Assembly: GCA_012295275.1 (NCBI GenBank) | Contig: CM022676.1 | Span: forward strand, 2,480,001-2,544,000 | DNA from: Chrysomallon squamiferum | Taxonomy: Eukaryota; Animalia; Mollusca | DNA: 64,000 bases | Direction of reading: 5' to 3' | Shown here: positions 38,246-52,368 of the stretch, piece by piece | Numbering within the stretch: position 1 is the first letter of the stretch | How the letters are laid out: each line of letters begins with the position of its first letter | Notes under the pieces: generated by a model | Seen by the model: only the letters and a program-made list of their open reading frames with translations | Told to the model about the DNA's origin: nothing | Database searches by the model: none | Program-made: the position numbers and the translations under genes

Positions 38246-41200
38246 CTTAAATAATTACCAGCTTGTTAAAGGAAGGAGTACTCACATGTATATATGTATA
38301 CAAACACTGACTGACTGTGTTGTTTCTGCTGTTGTAAATTATATAACAATATATTAACCTATTTAAAAATGAACACAATTTTTAAACCATATGAAAACTA
38401 TCAATAAATAGAAAAATAAGTAAAAGAGTATACTAATTTCAAAAACAAACACAAACCTAAACATAAATCTAAGAATGACATTTCAAAGTAATTTTGAGTA
38501 AATATCTTAAAAAAATGAAAATATAAAAAATAAAAAGTCTGGGTTTCATGCTTTGTACTTAACAGTAACATCATGTTATAACTACACCAGCCATGATATA
38601 GAACTTTAAACAGAGGTCTGAGTAAAGACTTTTATTCAGCTAATATTTTAAAACAGCCAGACACTTAGAAACAAGCAGCTAAATATGCCACAGCATTAAT
38701 TATAAGTCTGAGACTGTGACCAATACAAGCATGCTTGAACACATGTATGATGGGAAAGCATGGCTAAAAATTACCCACATCCAATGATTAGCAATACTGA
38801 ATTGCATTATTGTAAATAAAGCTAATTTAAAAAGGAGATTTTGAAGTCAGTACTTTTAACGAAAGTATTAAAGTATAAGTTTAATGTAATAACAAATTTT
38901 TAATTTTTATTTTAGGAGTAAAGGATGAGATGAGACATAACAGTATGAAAGACTCCAACCAAGTGACAGTTATTTAACTAATCTATAAATACACATCATG
39001 TATTCATATACAATTACCTATTAATATAATAATAATTAACAGTTTTATAGCTAAATAGTAAAATAATATAAATAATTATGTAACTTTTCAAACTGGACTT
39101 TATCAGAAAAATTATATATATCACCAATACAAATATTATAATTATAATTATTATTTTTATTAAAATTAATTAGTGATTTTGGAAAATAAGATTTCAGTTT
39201 TCTTTATTAAAACCAGTGGAAGGGGAACTGAGGTTACATGAATGATTAGCACAAGGTTAGGGCTAACAATGTGATTATGTTACTTACTGCTTGATGGTGT
39301 TGTTTCTGTTCATGTTGATTCTAATAGAAACACATTAATAGGAATAAAATAAATAATGTTTATGAATTAAACTTTAGTATGGTAAAAACAAGTGAAGTGG
39401 AGAAAATACATTTTGAAAAAGAAAATTAGAAATATCAAAAAAACAATAATATTAATAATAAAATTATTATTACTGTAATATCAAAGGACAAGGTGATGCA
39501 AAATGTGTAATCTGATTACTAAAACTAGACAAGTAACAGTAATATCTAATTTACAATCTATAATTGCAGATAATAAATCAGAAATATAATCATATCAAAT
39601 GTAAACATTCTGGTCCGTCTCATCAAAATGACCATCCAGGATATTCCACAACAAAACATACTGACAGAGCAGGCCAACAATTGGTAATTTCTGGACTCAA
39701 ACCATACATATTCAACATATGTATTGGTGAAACTTTACATATATAAAAACCAGGTATATAATAGTAATAGTGATGCTCTATCATCTATTGAAGAAGGAAA
39801 GAAAGAATGAAAGAGAAAATAAATTTGTTTCAAAGTTTTTCACAATTTTATTTAATATATTTTAATCTGTCATGGAAGTTCTTACTGCAAACATTATATT
39901 CAAAACTGTTAAAAAGTGTTTATAAAAGGTTTTACAGTATAATAAAACAGCAGATTTGCATTTATGTCACTCTCTCTCTCTGTGTGTGTGTGTGTGTGTA
40001 TGTGTGTGAAAGATAGGCATTAAGCTGTAACTTTATCTATGTTAATAAGCATATTACTCAGTGTGGAACTAAAACAGTCAACATAGTATAAACTTCTTTT
40101 TAAAGATTTGTTTTTGCTATATCAGAATTAGAAGATAGAAATAAAGCTATTCCTTGATTAGTTAAGCAGAATCCACAAACAATCACTGGCATCTAGAAAT
40201 TATCTGAAATAATGAAGAACGTAGCTAAGTGTATTGAGCTGAAGGAAAAAGAAAAGTCTGGAATAAAAAAGAAATTAATTTTGAAACTGCTTCATTTGTT
40301 TATAACTTGATTTTCACATCAATAGTAGTAATATGTTTTGTTTTCTGTTGATCAACATTATTGTGATTCTGTCTGGTTGGATGTTGGCTCTCTGCTGTAT
40401 TGTTGCTCACGTCAGTTTTATTCAGTGAATCAGTGACTGACTGTTGACAAACTTCAGATCTTGTGTGTTCTTCACAGACATCTTTACTGACTGGGTTGAT
40501 TCGCAGGTTTTATATTTGTCTGATTATATGAGTAATCTTCAGAAATTTCATTATCTTCATCACTTCCATGGTTCCAAGACATATTGTGTGAAGATTAATT
40601 ACCAATACATAAAAATCACGCCTTCTCTTATTTTCAATGGTAATGTTAGAAAATCAATTATAACAATTTTATAAACTCTTCCCTTACTTTGTTACAGAAT
40701 CAGTAATAAGAAAAATGAAGTGTTTCAAATGTATCAATGTTGATTAAGCTTTATAAGTTCGTCTTTGTTTCTACACTGAAACCTACATATCCATGAACAT
40801 ATTTACTACAGATAATATTTTAAAAGTAAATGCGGCATCTCAAGAAAAAAAGAGATGAGACAAGCGGGGCTTCCACAACCCAAGTTTCACTTTCATTTAC
40901 ATTGAGATAATAGCAAAGGAACTTGAAACCAAATAATGCAGACATAAAATAAATATTGTTGATAATGTTAATTATACTACAAAGACAAAACATGAAAACA
41001 AAACAGACAAAACTTTAAGAAAAAATAATAAAAAATTAGCCCTCCACTACTGAAAATATGAATCTCGTGATGGTTTATTAAGAATTATTTAACATAAAAA
41101 CAACCATAGGTTTGACATCTTCGACATATAAGACACTGTATTTTTTAGGTTAAATACGTATATATATTTAGGTATACATATAGATAGATAGATACATAGA

Positions 41201-41378
41201 TAGATGTAATTACGTGAGATGTATGTATGTCTAAGTTATCTATGTATTTATGTATCTGTGCATATATATATATATTTGAATATGGAAGGAAAAACACGAA
41301 GAGACAAACAAAGATGTTGGTAGACTACTGAAGAGACGAAAAGACAGTCAAAACTGCTTCACCGTTTCACAGACTTAC

Positions 41379-41526
41379 ACGACCTAGAAAACGCTGACTA
41401 CGACGAGTAACACAGAAGAGACTACAGCAACGGCAGTTACAGCAGTTTTGTTACATTCACAATCGATGATATTTTCTTTTACAGTCGATGTGACATCTGG
41501 CTTGGGAGGCAACGTTAAATATGTTC
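41379..41526 (-). pseudogene. Receptor C, stalk/TM exon with damaged acceptor and nonsense codon
   Basis: TYLTLPPKPDVTSTVKENIIDCECNKTAVTAVAVVSSVLLVVVSVF-TAG (41384-41386); the acceptor reads tat where the paralogue has tag. Confidence 0.72.
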
Positions 41527-42159
41527 ATATAATTAATGATTATAAGTCAAGTCAGTATCATCCATGATTACATCGAATATACTAACACAATATTTGATAC
41601 AATTGTTTAGTCCGTGTATTCAAATTAATTTTCAACTTCAAGGTAAACACAGTCAACTTTACTGTAAAGATGTGCTGACAAAATAATTATTTAAGACATT
41701 ACATATATAGTGTGTATTATCAATATTTTGATAGCTATCCTCATTATTACATCTAAATCTTATAAATTTAGGAGTAACTGTACAGCTTACTAAGCAGTAT
41801 AAACCACGAGTTTCAAACTTGTAAAGATATCGGCATCAAATAACATAAAATAAAAATATTGTAGTATCTTTTCTTTCTCTCTTATTGACTTAGATATTTT
41901 TACACAAGTACAAATAGCAGACATCAAACACATGAACATTTCATTTATCTGAAATGGCATCTTCACTTACTTTCTCTAGTAATATTCTATAATCAGTGAT
42001 AAAAGTAGTGAATTCACCCAAATACGTCAACAACTAATATTATATATAAAACCAAGTTTTAACTTTCTTTCGTTGGTAATGTTATATAATCAACAACAAA
42101 AGAAATGAAATTCTCTAAATGCACGACAACTCATAAAAATAAATCATGTTTTCACTTAC

Positions 42160-42561
42160 TTAGTATGTTGATGTTTTCAGAACTTTCAGAGAAATGTTCA
42201 CTACTATCAAGTGTGTTATAGCTAATTACACATAAATATTCTCCTGAATCACTAAAAGTCATTCCTGTCAGTTGAATCTGGATAAATGATCCTGATTTGT
42301 CATCGTTGTCAGACTTTCCTGTCACTGTCGCTCTGGATCCAAAGTTATTTACATCTTTTAAAACAGCTTTACCTCCATTCTTTAGAGTGATAGCATAAGC
42401 TATCATAACATTAGTACTAGGATTGCTGAGAAGTCTTCTGCTCACTGATACAGAAGTAAGTATATCAACCTCACTGATAATGTTACCAAGACTACATCTG
42501 ACTGTCACAGGAACTCCTTCATAAACAGGACGTGGGCTGATTGTGAGTTGGGCGGCTTCAC
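42160..42561 (-). CDS. Receptor C, V-like Ig-domain exon (intact, 402 bp)
   Basis: ttacag and gtaagt splice sites; GEAAQLTISPRPVYEGVPVTVRCSLG...LTGMTFSDSGEYLCVISY...NINIL; paralogue of 9062-9463. Confidence 0.88.
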
Positions 42562-43310
42562 CTGTAAGTAAACACGAACAAAGAAATAACTTAAAAATGT
42601 AATAAACGTTTTCAATGTCAATGTTATATATTTCTTAATCTGAATAACACGTTTTTCATATAAATCGGAAGGAAACATTAATTTTAATTTAATGAGTTTG
42701 CTTCCATATTTCAAATATTTCATCACATATTGTTACGCAATTGAAGAATTTTTCTATGTCAAATTCATAGAATAATAGATTAGTAATGTATTTAAATAAA
42801 TTTAAACCACTAAGTTTGAAAAAAAAAAAAAAATGAAACAATAATATTCTCAAGAGATTATTTAAAATGCAAAACATTAATAATAGAATAAGAACATTTT
42901 TCGAAATAAAATGTAAATAAAAACACAGTATTTAAGAGGAAAGTATAATTGACGGGAGTAATATGATTATATTTTCAAACACACGGATACACTCAGATAG
43001 AAAGCAGGACAGACAGACAGGCAGAGGGAGAGACTCAGCCATGCACACAATACAAATAGATTTCATTTATATTTCAAAAATAAATTATATAATGTAACGG
43101 TCTGAATGTAGATATAAATATACTGCAATATCAGTCAGATAACATCGCATGTACATCAAGCAGCTATATTTTGATAAAGATAATCAGTTACAAATAAAAA
43201 ACAACCACTCGAGAACTATAAATATATGACACCCAACACTGCACTTATCCAAACTAAAAATCACTTATAAACCTGTTTATAAAATACTTGTATTTAGAGC
43301 TAAACAAAAA

Positions 43311-43365
43311 CAGTTGAAGTCAATGTTAAACTTGTTAATAAAATAACAGTCATTGTTGTGGACAT
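43311..43365 (-). pseudogene. Leader-exon copy that has lost its donor
   Basis: MSTTMTVILLTSLTLTST followed by Gttttt instead of G|gt(a/g)ag. Confidence 0.6.
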
Positions 43366-43536
43366 CGTTAAACAATCTAAGAACAACGTAAATGAAGAAA
43401 TGTAACACTAACAGATAAAAAAGAAATCAGTTCAAAAACCTATTTATAAAATACTTCATCGTCTCATCGACATGTCTGTGAAAGACAAGTGTTATAGTTA
43501 TTAAGACATAAAAAAAAACAAATAAATAGAACTTAC

Positions 43537-43591
43537 CAGTTGAAGTCAATGTTAAACTTGTTAATAAAATAACAGTGATTACTGTGGACAT
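43537..43591 (-). CDS. Receptor C, signal-peptide exon
   Basis: MSTVITVILLTSLTLTSTG with G|gtaagt donor, phase 1. Confidence 0.78.
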
Positions 43592-44145
43592 GGTTAAAAA
43601 AATCTAAGAAAAACGGAAACGAAGACGTGTAACAGCGGGTCATGTGACCGGTGACATAAAGAAACTATACCCTCTGTGATTGTTGTCTCCCCTAGTCTAC
43701 TGTAAAATCTAAGAAATAAAATCTGCGATTAAAGCACTGACTTAGTTTTTTTAACTGTAAATAATCTTTATAAACTGTTGAATGGTCTGCACATATCGAG
43801 ACAGTTGTTGCACACTCAACAGGAGATGTTATTGTTTTATTTTAAATACAAGGCGCTAGTCAAGCACTGGAAGAAAGCAGATACGAAATAACATGAAAAT
43901 GAAAGAGAATAGAAGAATACACAAATGGAAGGGGAGAAGAAAGTATAAGAAAGGAGAAAGAGAAGAAAACAGAATTTAGAACATATAATCTATTTATGCT
44001 TTATAAATATTATAAATAATTACTTTTGTCCACTGTTAAAGATTTTCCTGTCTAATTATAAATAACTATCTCACAATCCTTTGTAAAACATTTCACATTT
44101 AAATAGACTTTAAGATTAAATTTATTAAACAACAATAACAATGAA

Positions 44146-44193
<48 letters not shown>

Positions 44194-44194
44194 A

Positions 44195-44225
<31 letters not shown>

Positions 44226-44644
44226 AGTAAATGCACTTCACAGGTACTGATAGTAAAAAAAGATTAAAAGTAAGATTTTATTAATTCATATAAATAAAGG
44301 CTGCTTTCATTTCAGTACTTGATATATTATTTAAAATTCAGAAGCTTATAAGGGTAGAATATTACGTTAGCTAGTTGAATAATTAAAGCAGTGCGTTTAA
44401 TCTAATTTAAGCACGAATTAAATCTCTAATAAGATTGGCAAAGAGTTAATAAATTAAGAAGTTAATATATTCTGTTAAACAAAATAACCAACACACTGAA
44501 GAATGATAAGAACATGAAAGGGAAAATAACTGTCGACGAAGCTTTTAAAACAATTCGTAAAATAATTCTTGAGGAAGCTTTCAAAACAATTCGTTTTTTC
44601 TTTTTTTCTTTATTCATTGCGCTGATTTGTTGTTCTCTTTATTT

Positions 44645-44822
44645 TGTATAAGTGCAGTGTTGGGTGTCATATATTTATAGTTCTGCAGTGGTTGTTTTAT
44701 ATTTATAGCTGAGTATCTTTATCAGGTATCTGTGTCAGGTACATGCGATGTTATCTGATTGATGCTGCAGAAAACTAATACACATATTCAGACGGTTACA
44801 TTATATAATTTATTTTTGAAGT
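44645..44822. repeat. Inverted copy of intron sequence at ~43070-43250
   Basis: taagtgcagtgttgggtgtcatatatttatagtt is the reverse complement of aactataaatatatgacacccaacactgcactta. Confidence 0.85.
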
Positions 44823-45158
44823 ATATAAATACTCAGTAGTATTAAATACTCAGGCTTTCTTTCATTGAATTTGCTAGTGGGGGTATTCTTCTGTGAAAGT
44901 GTTTTTTAATTCTCATAAACTATAGGATTACTTAAGAGAGAAGACTGCAATACAGATATATAGTAACACAATTAAAGCGCTCATCCGGATCACTCAGGGG
45001 TTTGTTCACAATAGATTAACGTTGGCTGGACGAGAGTTTCAAATGGTGCCGGTTTTCTTATAGTAATTGTTTGAAGGGTCGTGAAAAAGCAACCAGACAA
45101 AGCTCAGTGAAGGAAGATATGTAGGACAGACACACAGACAGAGAGTAAGTAGACTTAC

Positions 45159-45252
45159 ACGAAGATGACCACGCCGACTGCCACGAGTAGCATGAAACAG
45201 ACTGAGTGAACAGCAGCCACGGCATCTGTGGGCTTGGAAATAGCCGGTACAC
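45159..45252 (-). CDS. Orphan stalk/TM exon of the same family
   Basis: aattag acceptor and GT|gtaagt donor, phase 1-2; VPAISKPTDAVAAVHSVCFMLLVAVGVVIFV. Confidence 0.55.
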
Positions 45253-46319
45253 CTAATTCAATAATACATGATAATGAGGAAAGTCAACATGTTCAACGTA
45301 TTAGACGCAATATGTGACTGTAAAACAAAAAGATGTACGTTGGAATTCGTGGCGAAGATTAAAATGTTCAAGTATATTGTAAAAATGATTTAGCTAAATT
45401 GCAGAAATATTGTTTTCGTTATGTTATTTTCATGGTATTGATTAAGTACTTTTATTTAATTATAGTGATAGATTATATAGATTCAATCGCTGATAAACAG
45501 ACAACGAAGTATATAGTTATATATAATATAATACATACATAGATAGACTGATAGATAGATACATGGATGGATGGATGGAGAGACAGACAGACAGACTGAG
45601 AGACACACAGACAGACAGAAGATAAAAGTCTATATTATAACGAATCTTATGTCATAATTAAATAAATTAAACACTCATGACAATTTCAGTTTCAGTGGTA
45701 CTTATTAATGATTAAGCCAATCTGTTACCTCATCAGCATGAAATAAGACAAAATTAAAATAAAATATTGCAAAACAGAACAGAAAAGCTATTATCAAGAT
45801 TTACGATAAGTGTTAATTGTTATTTATTTATAGTCACATTATTGGACTGCGAATTGAACTGAACCTTTTTGAGTTAAATGAATACATTTCTCAAGAGTAT
45901 TTATTTGGAAAAAAATAATGTCGTTTTGATCGCATCATCTAAGTGATTTGTATTTCATTAGATATAAACTATTTGTAAGTAAACTTAATGAATAAAAAAT
46001 GTATCACAATTTCAGCGTCTCAGTATCTGTTTCACAATATAAACGACGTTGTTCGTTAGCACAATCAAATTACACTAAATGTAAAATATACTAAATGTGC
46101 TCACCCGAAACAGAAATCAAAGTCTCCTTGTTACAAACAAAATTAAACTTACTTGAATTTCAGTGGTAACTTCTACGTATGTGGTTCCTAAAACAAAAAA
46201 ACAAAATGATCAATTACGTAATCCAATAAGCAGAGTTCTACAACAAATGGCAAAACATACAGATTAACAAGTTGAAACTGGACATAACAACGTTATAGTC
46301 GCTGCTATTTTCTTCCATT

Positions 46320-49300
46320 AAATTGTTAATGTACTTACGTATATTCTCTGTTTCTTATGTAATTGTTTATGTACTTGCTTTCTTGCTTCCTTAGGTTATT
46401 ATTTACGTACTTAATTTATTTCCTACTTGGATAATTGTTAATGTACTTAGTTACATTCTTACTTACTTAGGTAATTATTTAAGTACTTACTTGCTTTCTT
46501 GCTTACTTAGATAATTATTTACGAACTTACGTTCTTTCTTACTTTGGTAACTGTTAATGAACTTACTTATATTCTCACTTACTTAGGTAATTATTTACGT
46601 AGATACTTGATTTCTTGATTCCATAGGTATTTGTTATAGTTCCTAGTCACATTCTCACTTACTTAGTTAATTATTTATGTACTTACTATCTTTCTTTATT
46701 ACTAAGATAATTTGTTACTAATTTAATAGCTTACGTAAATACTTTCCTAAGTAAGCAAGAAAACAAGTAAGTACGTAAATAATTACCTAAGTAAGTGAGA
46801 ATGTAAGTAAGTACGTTAACATTTATCTAAGTAAGAAACGAAGTAAATAAGGACGTAAATAATTACCTTAGTAAGCAAAAAAGGAAGTAAGTACGTAAAT
46901 AAATACCTAACGAAGAAAGAAAGATAGTAGGTACATAAACAATTAACTAACTAAGCAAGGAAGCAAGCACGTTCGTAGATAATTACTAAAGTAAGTGAGA
47001 ATGTAAGTAAGAATTATAACAAATACCTTAAGAGTCATGAAAACCAATAAGTACGTATCTAATTATCTAATTAGAAATACCTAAGTATTTACGTACATAC
47101 TTAATTTGTTTCTTACATAGATAATTGTTAATGTACTTACTTACATTCTCGCATACTTAGTTACTTGTTTCCTTGCTTACTTAGGCCATTATTTACGTAC
47201 TTACTTACTTTCCTTCTTACATAGATAATTGTTAATGTACCTACTTATATCCTCACTTACGTATGCTCCTAGTTACTTACTTACTCTCTTCCTTGCTAAC
47301 ATACCATTATTTACGTAATTATTTGCTTTCTTACTAAGAAGATTATTAATGTACTAACATTCTCACTTACTTAGGTTACTATTTACTTACTTACTCGATT
47401 CCTTTCTAACTTACGACATTATTTACGTAATTACTTACTTTCTTACTTAGATAATTGCTAATGTACTTAGTTGCGTTCCCACTTACTTAGTTCATTGCTT
47501 CTTTGATTACATAGGTCATTATTTACGTACTTAATTACTTTCCTTCTTACTTAGATAACTATTAATATACTTCCATACATTCTCACTTACTTAGTTATTT
47601 TCTTTCTTGCTTACTGAGGTAATTATTTACGTTCATACTTACTTTCTTTCTTACATAGATAATTATTAATGTACCTACTTACATTCTCACATACTTAGGT
47701 TAATATTTACATACTTACTAGCTTCCTTGATAACATAGGTCATTATTTACGTTCTTATTTTCTTACATAGATAATTGTTAATGTAATTAATTGCATTCTC
47801 ACTTCGTTACTTGCTACCTTGCTTACTTAGGACATTATTTAAATACTTAGTAACTTACTTTCCTACTTAGATAATTGTTAATATACTTACTTACATTCTA
47901 ACTTACTTAGATCATTATTTATTTACTTACTCGCTTCCTTGCTTACTTAGGCATTATTTACGAACTTATTTACTTTTTTAGTACGATGATTGTTAATACA
48001 TTTAGTTACATTGTCACATACATAGTTACTTGCTTTCTTGTTAACTTAGGTCATTATTTACGTACTTACTTTCTTTCTTAGATAACTGTTAATTTACTTA
48101 CTTACGTTCTAACTTACTAAGTTGCTTGCATCCTTGCTTACATAGGCCATTATTTGTGTACTTACTTCCTTTCTTAATTAGATAATTGTCAATACATTTT
48201 ACTTACATTCTCACTTAGTTAGGTTACTATTTATTAACTTACTCGCTTCCTTGCTAACTTAGGCCATTATTTACGTACTTACCTACTTTCTTACTTAGAT
48301 AATTGCTAATGTACTTACTTATATTCTAACTAAGTTAGTTATTTGCTTCCTTGTTTACTTAAACCATGGTTGAAGTACATACTTTATTTATTACTTAGGT
48401 AATTGTTAATGTACTTACTTACATTCTGACTTACTTAGGTTACTATTTACTTACTTACTCGCTTCCTTGGTAACATAGGCCATTATTTACGTACTTACTT
48501 ACTTTATTACTTAGATAATTGTTAATGCACTTAGTTTCATTCTCAGTTACTTAGTTACTTCCTTCTTTGATTACTTGTGTGATTATTTACGTACTTAATT
48601 GCTTTCCTTCTTCCTTAGATAATTGTTAATGTACTTACTTACATTCTCACTAACTTAGTTACTTGCTTCCTTGCTTACTTACGTCATTATTTACGTACTA
48701 ACTTACTTTCTTACTTAGATAATTGTTAATATACTCTCTCACATTCTCACTTACTTAGGTTTCTATTTACTTACTTACTCGTTTCCTTTATAACATAGGT
48801 GTTTATTTACGTTCTTACATTCTTACTTACATAATTTTAAAGTGATTACTTGCATTCTCACTTCGTTACTTCCTACCTTGCTTACGTAGGACATTATTTA
48901 AATACTTACTAACTTACTTTCCTACTTAGATAATTGTTAATATACTAATTTACATTCTATCTTACTTAGGTTATTATTTACATACTTACTCGCTTCCTTG
49001 CTAACTTAAGCATTATTTACGAACTTATTTACTTTCTTAATTAGATAATTGTCAACATATTTACTTATACTCTCACTTACATAGGTTACTATTTACTAAC
49101 CTACTCGCTTCCTTGCTAACTTAGGCCATTATTTACGTACTTACCTACTTTCTTACTTAGATAATTTCTAATGTACTTAATTACATTCTCACTTATTTAT
49201 GTTACTATTTATTTACTTACTCGATTCCTTGCCAACTTAGGTCATTATTTAAGTACTTACTAACGTTATTACTGAGATAATTGTTAATGTACTTACTTAC

Positions 49301-52168
49301 ATTCTCAATTCGTTAGGTTACTATATACTTACTTACAAGCTTCCTTGCTTACTTAGGTCATGACTTACGTACATACTTACTTTCTTTCTTACTTAGATAC
49401 TGGTAATATACTTACATACATTCTCACTTTCTTAGTTATTTGCTTCCTTTCTTACTTAGGTCGTTATTTACTAACATACTTATTTACTTTCTTTTTCTTT
49501 TTCATAACTGTTAATGTCCTTACTTAATTTCTCACTTAACTTAGGTTACTATTTACTTACTCGCTTCCATGCTAACCTAGACCATTATTTACGTACTTAC
49601 TTAATTTGTTACTTAGATAATTGTTAATGTAATTACTTACATTCTCAGTTACTTAGTTACTTGCTTCCCTGCTGACTTAGGCCATTATTTACGTACATAC
49701 TGTCTTTCTTTCTTAGATTGTTATTAATGTACATTCTTGGATTCTCACTTACTTAGTCACTTGCTTCCTTGCTCACTTAGGCCATTATTTACGTACATAC
49801 TACTTTCTTTCTTACTTAGATAATTATTAATGTGGATTCTTGGATTCTCATTTACTTAGTCACTTGCTTCCTTGCTCAACTTTAGGCCAACATTTACGTA
49901 CATACTTTTTTGTTACTTTCTAATTTTAGATAATTACATTACATTTCTGATTTCCTTAGTTACTTGTTTCCCTATTAACTTAGGTCATTATTTAAGTATT
50001 TTAACTACTTTTCTGACTTACATAGATAATTGCTAATGTATTTACTTACATTCTCATTTACAATAGGTTTATTTTTGCTTACTTACTTGCTTCCTTACTT
50101 ACTCTTGTCATTATTTACGTACTTATTTAATTTCTTAATTAATTTCTAATGTCTTTACTTACATACACAATTAACTTAGGTTACTTTCTACTTCCATTTG
50201 CTTACTTAGGTTATTATTTAATGTACATACGTACTTTTTTAATTAGATAATTGTTAATATACTTACTTTACATTCTACTTAGGTTACTATTTTACTTCCT
50301 TCTTTACCTTTGATACCTAATGTCATAATACTTTGTTTCTTGCATTTTACTTAGATAATGGTTTATGTAATTATTTTACATTCTCACTTACTTAGTTTAG
50401 TTCATTCATTTGCTTACTTATACATTATTTACGTACATACATACTTTCTTCCTTACTTAGATAATTGTTAATGTAATTACTTACATTCTCAGTTACTTAG
50501 TTACTTGCGTCCTTGCTCACATAGGCCATTATTTACGTACATACTTTCTTTCTTACTTAGATAATTAATAATGTAATTAGTTACATTCTCATTTTCTTAG
50601 TTACTAGCTCCACTGCTTACTTACGTCATAATTTAAGTACTTACTTACATTCTGACATTGTTAGATAATTGCTAATGTATTTACTTACATATTTTTCTAT
50701 TTATTTAGCTTACTTTCTTAGGTTACTATTTACTCCCTTACTCGCTTCCTTGCTAACTAAGGTCATTATTTACGTACTTACTTACTTTCTTACTGAGATA
50801 ATTGTTGATGTACTTACTTACGTTCTCACTTACTTAGTTACTTGCTTCCTTGTTCAAATAGGCCATTATTTACGTACATACTTTTTTCTTACTTAGATAA
50901 TTATTAATGTGGATTCTTGGATTCTCACTTACTTAGTCATTTGCTTCCTTGCTCACTTAGGCCAACATTTACGTACATACTTTCTTTGTTACTTTCTAAT
51001 TACATACATCCTCATTTCCTTAGTTACTTGTTTCCCTGCTAACTTACGTCATTATTTAAATACTTAACTACTTTCTGACTTACTTAGATAATTGCTAATT
51101 TATTTACTTACATTCTCATTTACAAAGGTTGCTCTTTACTAACTTACTCGCTTCCTTGCTAACTTATGTCATTATTTACGTACTTACGTACTTTCTTACT
51201 TAGATAATTTCTAATGTCTTTACTTACATACACAATTACTTAGGTTACTATCTACTTACTCGATTCCTTGGTATCTTAGGTTATTACTTGATAATTACGT
51301 AATTTTTTAATTAGATAATTGTTAGTGTACTTACTTACATTCTCACTAACTTAGTTACTTGCTTCCCTGCTTACTTAGGTGATTATTTACGTACATACTT
51401 TCTTTCTTACTTAGATAATTGTTAATATACTTACTTATATTCTCACTTACTTAGGTTACTATTTACTTACTTACTCGCTTCCTTGCTACCTAAGGTCATA
51501 ATCTACGTAGTTACTTGCATTCTTACTTATATAATGGTTTATGTAATTACTTACATTCTCACTTACTTAGTTGCTTCATTCCTTGCTTACTTAGGTCATT
51601 ATTTACGTACATACATACTTTCTTCCTTACTTAGATAATTGTTAATGTAATTACTTACATTCTCAGTTACTTAGTTACTTGCGTCCTTGCTCACATAGGC
51701 CATTATTTACGTACATACTTTCTTTCTTACTTAGATAATTAAAAATGTAATTAGTTACATTCTCATTTTCTTAGTTACTAGCTCCACTGCTTACTTACGT
51801 CATAATTTAAGTACTTACTTACATTCTGACATTGTTAGATAATTGCTAATGTATTTACTTACATTCTCGCTTTCTTAGGTTACTATTTACTCCCTTACTC
51901 GCTTCCTTGCTAACTAAGGTCATTATTTACGTACTTACTTACTTTCTTACTGAGATAATTGTTGATGTACTTACTTACGTTCTCACTTACTTAGTTACTT
52001 GCTTCCTTGTTCAAATAGGCCATTATTTACGTACATACTTACTTTCTTTCATAATTTAGTTTTGTTAATATACTTACCATATTCTCACATTCTTATGTTA
52101 CTATTTAATTTCTTGATTCCTTGCTTACTTAGGTCATTATTTACGTACTTACTTGCATTCTTACTTAG
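46320..52168. repeat. Degenerate TACT/ACTT-based satellite, units of ~90-110 bp
   Basis: Recurring ttagataattgttaatgtacttacttacattctcacttacttag...gcttccttgcttacttaggtcattatttacgtacttac; includes an inverted block at ~46730-47080. Confidence 0.93.
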
Positions 52169-52368
52169 NNNNNNNNNNNNNNNNNNNNNNNNNNNNNNNN
52201 NNNNNNNNNNNNNNNNNNNNNNNNNNNNNNNNNNNNNNNNNNNNNNNNNNNNNNNNNNNNNNNNNNNNNNNNNNNNNNNNNNNNNNNNNNNNNNNNNNNN
52301 NNNNNNNNNNNNNNNNNNNNNNNNNNNNNNNNNNNNNNNNNNNNNNNNNNNNNNNNNNNNNNNNNNNN
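52169..52368. other. Assembly gap (200 N)
   Basis: Run of N; true length unknown. Confidence 0.99.

Larger units (their letters stand above)
40605..43290. repeat. Segmental duplicate of ~6315-10200, with deletions
   Basis: Colinear exon relic, TM exon, introns and V exon; the equivalents of ~6690-7015 and ~7990-8780 are missing. Confidence 0.92.

Noticed and set aside
44990-45090. Possible cytoplasmic exon (IRKPAPFETLVQPTLIYCEQTPE) after the 45.2-kb TM exon
   Set aside because: No convincing AG acceptor in the required phase
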